DNA from: Abditibacteriaceae bacterium
GTDB lineage: Bacteria > Armatimonadota > Abditibacteriia > Abditibacteriales > Abditibacteriaceae
Direction: 5' to 3'
Assembly (NCBI GenBank): GCA_031425655.1
Contig: JANPJS010000103.1
Coordinates: 1-10,623, forward strand
DNA length: 10,623 bases
Positions 6,860 through 10,623 of the stretch are shown here, piece after piece. Numbering within the stretch: position 1 is the first letter of the stretch; each line of letters starts with the position of its first letter. The position numbers and the translations under genes were made by a program. The notes under the pieces were generated by a model, which did not search any database, had not been told where the DNA came from, and saw only the letters and a list, made by a program, of their open reading frames with translations.

Positions 6860-8380
6860 ATGAATGCCCCTCTACCGCCAAATGAGGCCGAGCGTCTGCA
6901 AGCACTGCGCAATTACGACATCTTGGATACACCGCCAGAAATTGCTTTCGAGCGTCTGGTCAGTTTGGCGGCGCGCCTCTTTAATGTTCCTATTGCTTTA
7001 GTCTCTCTGATAGATACGGATCGGCAATGGCTCAAATCTTGTTTTGGCATGGACACCCGCGAGACTTCTCGTGAGTTGTCGTTTTGCGCCCACACCATTC
7101 TCTCAGAGCAGGTGATGGTGGTGCCGGATGCGCGGGCTGACCTGCGCTTTGCAGATAATCCTACCGTTACCGGCGCGTCCGGCATTCGGTTTTACGCAGG
7201 AGCACCGTTGCAAACTCCTTCAGGCCACAATCTGGGTAGTTTCTGTCTGGTTGACACGGTTCCCCACCAATTCACCCAAGAGCAGCAGTCCATGCTGGAG
7301 GATATGGCGGCTATCGTAGTAGATGAATTGGAGTTGCGGCGAACGGCGCGCGAACTTCGAGAAAGCGAGGCAATGTTACGGCAGACCTCGCAGGAAAACA
7401 GCCGACTATCCACAGCCGTTGCCACTTTATCCAGCGGAGTCGTGATTACTGATCCCAACCTGCCGGACAATCCCATCATCTTCGCCAATCCGGGTTTCTA
7501 CGAGATAACCCAATATTCCGCCGAAGAGATCATAGGCTATAATTGTCGTTTTTTGCAGGGGCGGGAAACCGATCCTGGGATTGTAAAAGAAATCCGGGAC
7601 GCTATCGCGGAGCAACGCCGTTTCACAGGCACGATACTCAACTATCGCAAAGACGGCACACCGTTCGTGGACGAACTCAGCATTAGCCCGGTGTTTGATG
7701 AGGCAGGCCAACTCATGAACTTTGTCGGGCTGCAAAATGACGTAACCGAACGAGAACAGGGCAAGCAACTTCTGGAGCAACGGGTGCAGGAGCGCACCGA
7801 GGAGTTGGCACAATCGCAGATCGAAATTCTCAGCCGCCTGGCACGAGCGGCGGAGTTCCGCGACGACGACACCGGCCAGCATACGCAGCGCGTCGCGCAC
7901 ACGGCGGCTCTGCTGGCTCACTCATTGGGCTTGCAGTCAGAACAAGTTGAATTAATCCGGCAAGCGGCACCATTACATGATGTCGGCAAGATTGCCATCT
8001 CTGACATGATTCTCTTGAAGCCGGGCAAGCTGACGGACGAGGAGTTCGCCACCATGAAATCGCACGCCGCTCTTGGGGCGGCGTTGTTGTCGGATGGACA
8101 TTCTGAAGTCGTTCAACTGGCCGAGCGAATTGCCGGTGCTCATCATGAGCGTTGGGACGGCAAGGGTTACCCACAGCGATTGGCAGGGGAGCAAATACCA
8201 CTTGAAGGGCGCATCTTAGCCATTGCGGATGTATTCGACGCACTAACCCATGAGCGACCCTACAAAAAAGCTTGGTCGGTAGCAGAGGCGGTGGCTGAAA
8301 TTACACGACAGAGCGGCCAGCAATTTGATCCTCAAGTGGTAAAAGCATTCCTATCGTTGCCGCATGAGGATTTACTTTGA
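6860..8380 (+). CDS. Cassette 2: GAF-LOV(PAS)-HD-GYP phosphodiesterase, 506 aa
   Basis: GAF: EAERLQALRNYDILDT..SFCAHTI..IRFYAGAPL..LGSFCLVD. LOV: ITDPNLPDNPIIFAN..GYNCRFLQG..NYRKDG..GLQNDVT. HD-GYP: EFRDDDTGQH, LHDVGK, ILLKPGKLT, HHERWDGKGYP, ADVFDALT..RPYK. Confidence 0.93.
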   Translation: MNAPLPPNEAERLQALRNYDILDTPPEIAFERLVSLAARLFNVPIALVSLIDTDRQWLKSCFGMDTRETSRELSFCAHTILSEQVMVVPDARADLRFADNPTVTGASGIRFYAGAPLQTPSGHNLGSFCLVDTVPHQFTQEQQSMLEDMAAIVVDELELRRTARELRESEAMLRQTSQENSRLSTAVATLSSGVVITDPNLPDNPIIFANPGFYEITQYSAEEIIGYNCRFLQGRETDPGIVKEIRDAIAEQRRFTGTILNYRKDGTPFVDELSISPVFDEAGQLMNFVGLQNDVTEREQGKQLLEQRVQERTEELAQSQIEILSRLARAAEFRDDDTGQHTQRVAHTAALLAHSLGLQSEQVELIRQAAPLHDVGKIAISDMILLKPGKLTDEEFATMKSHAALGAALLSDGHSEVVQLAERIAGAHHERWDGKGYPQRLAGEQIPLEGRILAIADVFDALTHERPYKKAWSVAEAVAEITRQSGQQFDPQVVKAFLSLPHEDLL

Positions 8381-8432
8381 ATATGAAACTGAGTGCTATG
8401 AAAAAGCACGCTCCCGAAATCAACTAACAGCC

Positions 8433-8536
8433 GCCGAACAAGGCGCTGCACCCGACCGCCGACAGCTTCGTTCCCTACGCTCGTTCCTCGCTTCGGTCTC
8501 TGCGCTTCCGGCGGCGGGTGAGCTTAGTCGTTGTGC
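8433..8536 (+). repeat. attC2 (104 bp)
   Basis: GCCGAAC-AAGGC-GCTGCACCCGACCGCC ... GGCGGCGGGTGAGC-TTAGTC-GTTGTGC. Confidence 0.95.
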
Positions 8537-8575
8537 CGTCGCGCGCAGCTTGGATGCAGATATACTGAATTTATA

Positions 8576-9010
8576 ATGCCAAATCCAGAGCATTTGCCTT
8601 TGCCTCAAGCACTTTCTAATCTAATTGAGAGCGGTTTCTGGCCAACGACTGAAGCAGATTCGTTGGCACAAAATCTCAAGTCGCTCGTGCCGCGAGATAG
8701 AATCAAGGCATTTGCGCCAGAGGAGGACTCCATCTATTTTTATCAGCCTCCATTTGCGACAGTGAGTTTGTGTAAGAAACACGGCGAACAGTTTTGGGAT
8801 TGGCCTATGTCAGCCGCTCACGAGATTGATGCGGATAAGACGATACTGATTGGAGACTTTGGGCTTGGTTCTGATGCGCCAATCGCGTTGGATTACAGGC
8901 GGAATACAAATAGTCCTTCTGTTATCCGGTTGAAATGGTCACAGGAGGGCAATAATTGGGTTGAAGTTGCTGCCACCTTTGAGGACTTCATAAAACTAAT
9001 TCTTGGCTAA
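8576..9010 (+). CDS. Cassette 3: SMI1/KNR4 (SUKH superfamily) protein, about 144 aa
   Basis: LPQAL at the N-terminus, then ILIGDFGLGSDAPIALDYR..PSVI..W.EVAATFEDFI, typical of the SUKH C-terminal half. ATG 8576 is the first ATG of this ORF inside the cassette. Confidence 0.75.
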   Translation: MPNPEHLPLPQALSNLIESGFWPTTEADSLAQNLKSLVPRDRIKAFAPEEDSIYFYQPPFATVSLCKKHGEQFWDWPMSAAHEIDADKTILIGDFGLGSDAPIALDYRRNTNSPSVIRLKWSQEGNNWVEVAATFEDFIKLILG

Positions 9011-9048
9011 AGGTGAGATAAAGCCGTAGGCCCAACATCCTAACAACG

Positions 9049-9148
9049 GCACAACAAGGCGCTGCACCCGATCGCCTACAGCCCTGCGTTTCGCTCGTGC
9101 CTCGCTTCACTTCGGGCTTCCGGCAGCGGGTGAGCTTGGTCGTTAGCT
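9049..9148 (+). repeat. attC3 (100 bp)
   Basis: GCACAAC-AAGGC-GCTGCACCCGATCGCC ... GGCAGCGGGTGAGC-TTGGTC-GTTAGCT. Confidence 0.95.
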
Positions 9149-9177
9149 TGGCGCGCGTTATGCTACGGGAGCCAAAC

Positions 9178-9771
9178 ATGGAAGATTACAACCAAGAATA
9201 CGAACAGCGATTTGCATGGCGTAAAGAAAGGCAAATACACAATTTACAGGAACTCGCTGAAATAGCCCAATCGGGCGGCGCTGACGCCTTGAAGATTTTT
9301 CCTGAATTGGGTGATTCAATTGGCAGTAGTCGTCCGCATGACGCGCTGCGCTGGTCTATTGTCATGCTTTGGTGTGAGGCCGCAGAATGTTACATTTTTG
9401 GCGAGTTTCAATCCTGCGTCTTGGTTTGCGGTGCAATAGTTGAAAGATGCCTGAAACTTGAATATAGTAAAGCAAATGGGAGCCTGCCGAAGGATTCCCA
9501 TTGGACATTGGGCGCTTGCATAAATAAATGCAAAGGGGTGGTTAAGCCGGAAGTAATTCATCTTGCTCAACAAATTTTAGGGCCGCGTAACAGCCGCGCC
9601 CATGCACTTTTGGAACATTCAGACCCTCAATTGTCAATATTGGGTGGGCCAAATCAGGGCGTTGAAGTAATCAGCTCAAGACACGCACAAATTGAGCCTT
9701 ATCGTGGTGAGGCAAGAAGTGCAATTGAGAACACCTTTCAAATCCTGACCCATCTTTACGGCAAAGAATGA
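9178..9771 (+). CDS. Cassette 4: HEPN/DUF4145-like protein with RxxxxH motif, about 197 aa
   Basis: GGGAG RBS at 9167-9171. EAAECY..G.F..CV.VCGAIVE..LK, TLG.CI and RNSRAH (9586-9603) follow the HEPN helical pattern. Confidence 0.65.
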   Translation: MEDYNQEYEQRFAWRKERQIHNLQELAEIAQSGGADALKIFPELGDSIGSSRPHDALRWSIVMLWCEAAECYIFGEFQSCVLVCGAIVERCLKLEYSKANGSLPKDSHWTLGACINKCKGVVKPEVIHLAQQILGPRNSRAHALLEHSDPQLSILGGPNQGVEVISSRHAQIEPYRGEARSAIENTFQILTHLYGKE

Positions 9772-9792
9772 GAGCGAGATGCTATAACACCA

Positions 9793-9879
9793 AGCTAACA
9801 AGGCGATGCACCCGACCGCCTACAGCTTCGCTCGTTCCTCGCTCCGGCTTCCGGCGGAGGGTGAGCTTGGTCGTTCGGA
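9793..9879 (+). repeat. attC4 (87 bp)
   Basis: AGCTAAC-AAGGC-GATGCACCCGACCGCC ... GGCGGAGGGTGAGC-TTGGTC-GTTCGGA, with a shorter central region and two stem mismatches. Confidence 0.93.
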
Positions 9880-9919
9880 GGCTTGCGCGCTACTCTTCTG
9901 GCCTGATACGCTTGATTTG

Positions 9920-9927
9920 GGTAAAAT
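9920..9927 (+). promoter_or_regulatory. Candidate -10 box of the TA cassette's own promoter
   Basis: GG-TAAAAT with the hexamer at 9922-9927, 8 nt before the toxin ATG, suggesting a near-leaderless transcript. Confidence 0.4.
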
Positions 9928-9935
9928 AGTGGTGA

Positions 9936-10220
9936 ATGAGAATCGAAGAAATAATCTGGCTGGATGTCATCGTTGACAAACTTGCCGTTAAACATGGAGT
10001 CGAAACGGAGGAGGTTGAAGAAGTATTGAGCAACAATCCTCGCTTTCGCTTCGCGGAAAGCGGAACGCGCGTTGGCGAAGATGTTTATATGGCATCAGGT
10101 CAAACAGATGGAGGGCGCTATTTATCGGTTCTTTTCATTCACAAGGCGACTAACGATGCGTTAATTCTGAGTGCCAGAGATATGTCGGGCTGGGAGCGCA
10201 AACGATATGAACGAAAATAA
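9936..10220 (+). CDS. Cassette 5: BrnT-family (RelE-like) RNase toxin
   Basis: W....DKL..KHGV..EEVEEV, G.T..GRYL.V.F and ILSARDM..WERKRY are BrnT-type motifs. The toxin precedes the antitoxin. Confidence 0.85.
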   Translation: MRIEEIIWLDVIVDKLAVKHGVETEEVEEVLSNNPRFRFAESGTRVGEDVYMASGQTDGGRYLSVLFIHKATNDALILSARDMSGWERKRYERK

Positions 10221-10461
10221 AAAGCCGGAATTTGAATCTATCGAAGAACTCACAAACTTCTTCGATAATAACGATATGGGCGAATACTTCGACGAAATGC
10301 CGGAAGTGCATTTCGATGTTGATATTCAGCGTCGCAGCTTTCTTGTGCCGATTGATAAAGAATTAATGAGAAAATTAGCGGAATTGGCTAAATCTCAGCA
10401 TACGTCAACCGGCCAGTTAGTCAATTCGTGGCTCGAAGAAAAGGTCGCACACGCAGCGTAG
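10207..10461 (+). CDS. Cassette 5: CopG/BrnA-like antitoxin, about 84 aa
   Basis: Acidic N-terminus PEFESIEE..FFD..D..EY, then a ribbon-helix-helix-like C-terminus (FLVPIDKELM..LAELAK..QLVNSWL.E). Overlaps the toxin stop by 14 nt. Confidence 0.82.
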   Translation: MNENKKPEFESIEELTNFFDNNDMGEYFDEMPEVHFDVDIQRRSFLVPIDKELMRKLAELAKSQHTSTGQLVNSWLEEKVAHAA

Positions 10462-10480
10462 TCCTGCCGTGTGCGTCCCC

Positions 10481-10498
10481 AACATGAGGCCGAACAAG
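10481..10498 (+). repeat. Remnant left end of attC5 (truncated or interrupted)
   Basis: GCCGAACAAG (10489-10498) is identical to the start of attC2. CCGAAC pairs with GTTCGG at 9873. Homology to the attC family then stops. Confidence 0.6.
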
Positions 10499-10507
10499 AG
10501 ACTATGT

Positions 10508-10546
10508 TGACAAGGGGTAAAACGACCTCTTGTCATTTTTATTTTT
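10508..10546 (+). terminator. Rho-independent terminator-like hairpin
   Basis: TGACAAGGGGT-aaaacg-ACCTCTTGTCA (11-bp stem with one G-U pair), followed by TTTTTATTTTT. Confidence 0.65.
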
Positions 10547-10623
10547 CGGCCCTTGTTTTCAAGCCTCTTGGGGCTGGTTTTGCGGAAGGTTTTGCCATGA
10601 CGCATCGAAGGGTTTTTGGTGTT

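Larger units (their letters stand above)
4880..10495. mobile_element. Integron: intI, attI and an array of five cassettes (5992-6717, 6718-8530, 8531-9142, 9143-9873, 9874 to at least 10495)
   Basis: Divergent intI, attI simple site and homologous attC repeats separating co-oriented, lower-GC ORFs. It abuts housekeeping genes, with no transposon or plasmid genes in view. Confidence 0.95.

Noticed and set aside
6860..7340. GAF domain as a bilin-binding phytochrome or cyanobacteriochrome
   Set aside because: No DIP or CH-type bilin motif. SFCAH is typical of ordinary non-photosensory GAF domains.
6620..9879. Repeats as a CRISPR array or ncRNA copies
   Set aside because: They are 87-104 bp, separated by whole genes and show attC box structure. 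No cas genes are present.
6553..9995. Minus-strand ORFs sharing RRSGA(A/S)PC (6553-6912, 8420-8608, 8988-9179, 9795-9995) as a peptide family
   Set aside because: The similarity is simply translation of the attC repeat.
8531..10206. ORF-track starts at 8531, 9097 and 10171
   Set aside because: They lie in attC sites or deep within the toxin gene. Starts at 8576, 9178 and 10207 fit cassette boundaries and family lengths better.
4880..10461. Clinical class 1-3 resistance integron
   Set aside because: No recognisable resistance cassettes, qacE/sul1 or tni genes, and it is flanked by housekeeping genes.

Overview
Bacterial chromosomal window with two parts. Left half (1-4659, GC-rich): a 23S rRNA m5U methyltransferase (RlmD/TrmA family), an SLH-like-stalk outer-membrane beta-barrel protein and an LptD-like protein, separated by nested palindromic elements. 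Right half (4880 to about 10500): an integron. It has an intact intI on the minus strand, attI with crossover at 5991/5992, four complete near-identical attC sites and a fifth broken one. The five cassettes encode (1) a ParB/Srx-motif hypothetical protein, (2) a GAF-LOV-HD-GYP protein, (3) an SMI1/KNR4 (SUKH) protein, (4) a HEPN/DUF4145-like protein with an RxxxxH motif and (5) a BrnT/CopG-type toxin-antitoxin pair. Cassette 2 is the standout: a predicted blue-light-controlled cyclic-dinucleotide phosphodiesterase with an intact NCRFLQ cysteine, packaged as an excisable cassette. Each cassette also shows a length-matched AAC-Nx-AAC ... GTT-Nx-GCGCG extension outside the attC R boxes. All family calls come from motif recognition by eye; no searches were run.
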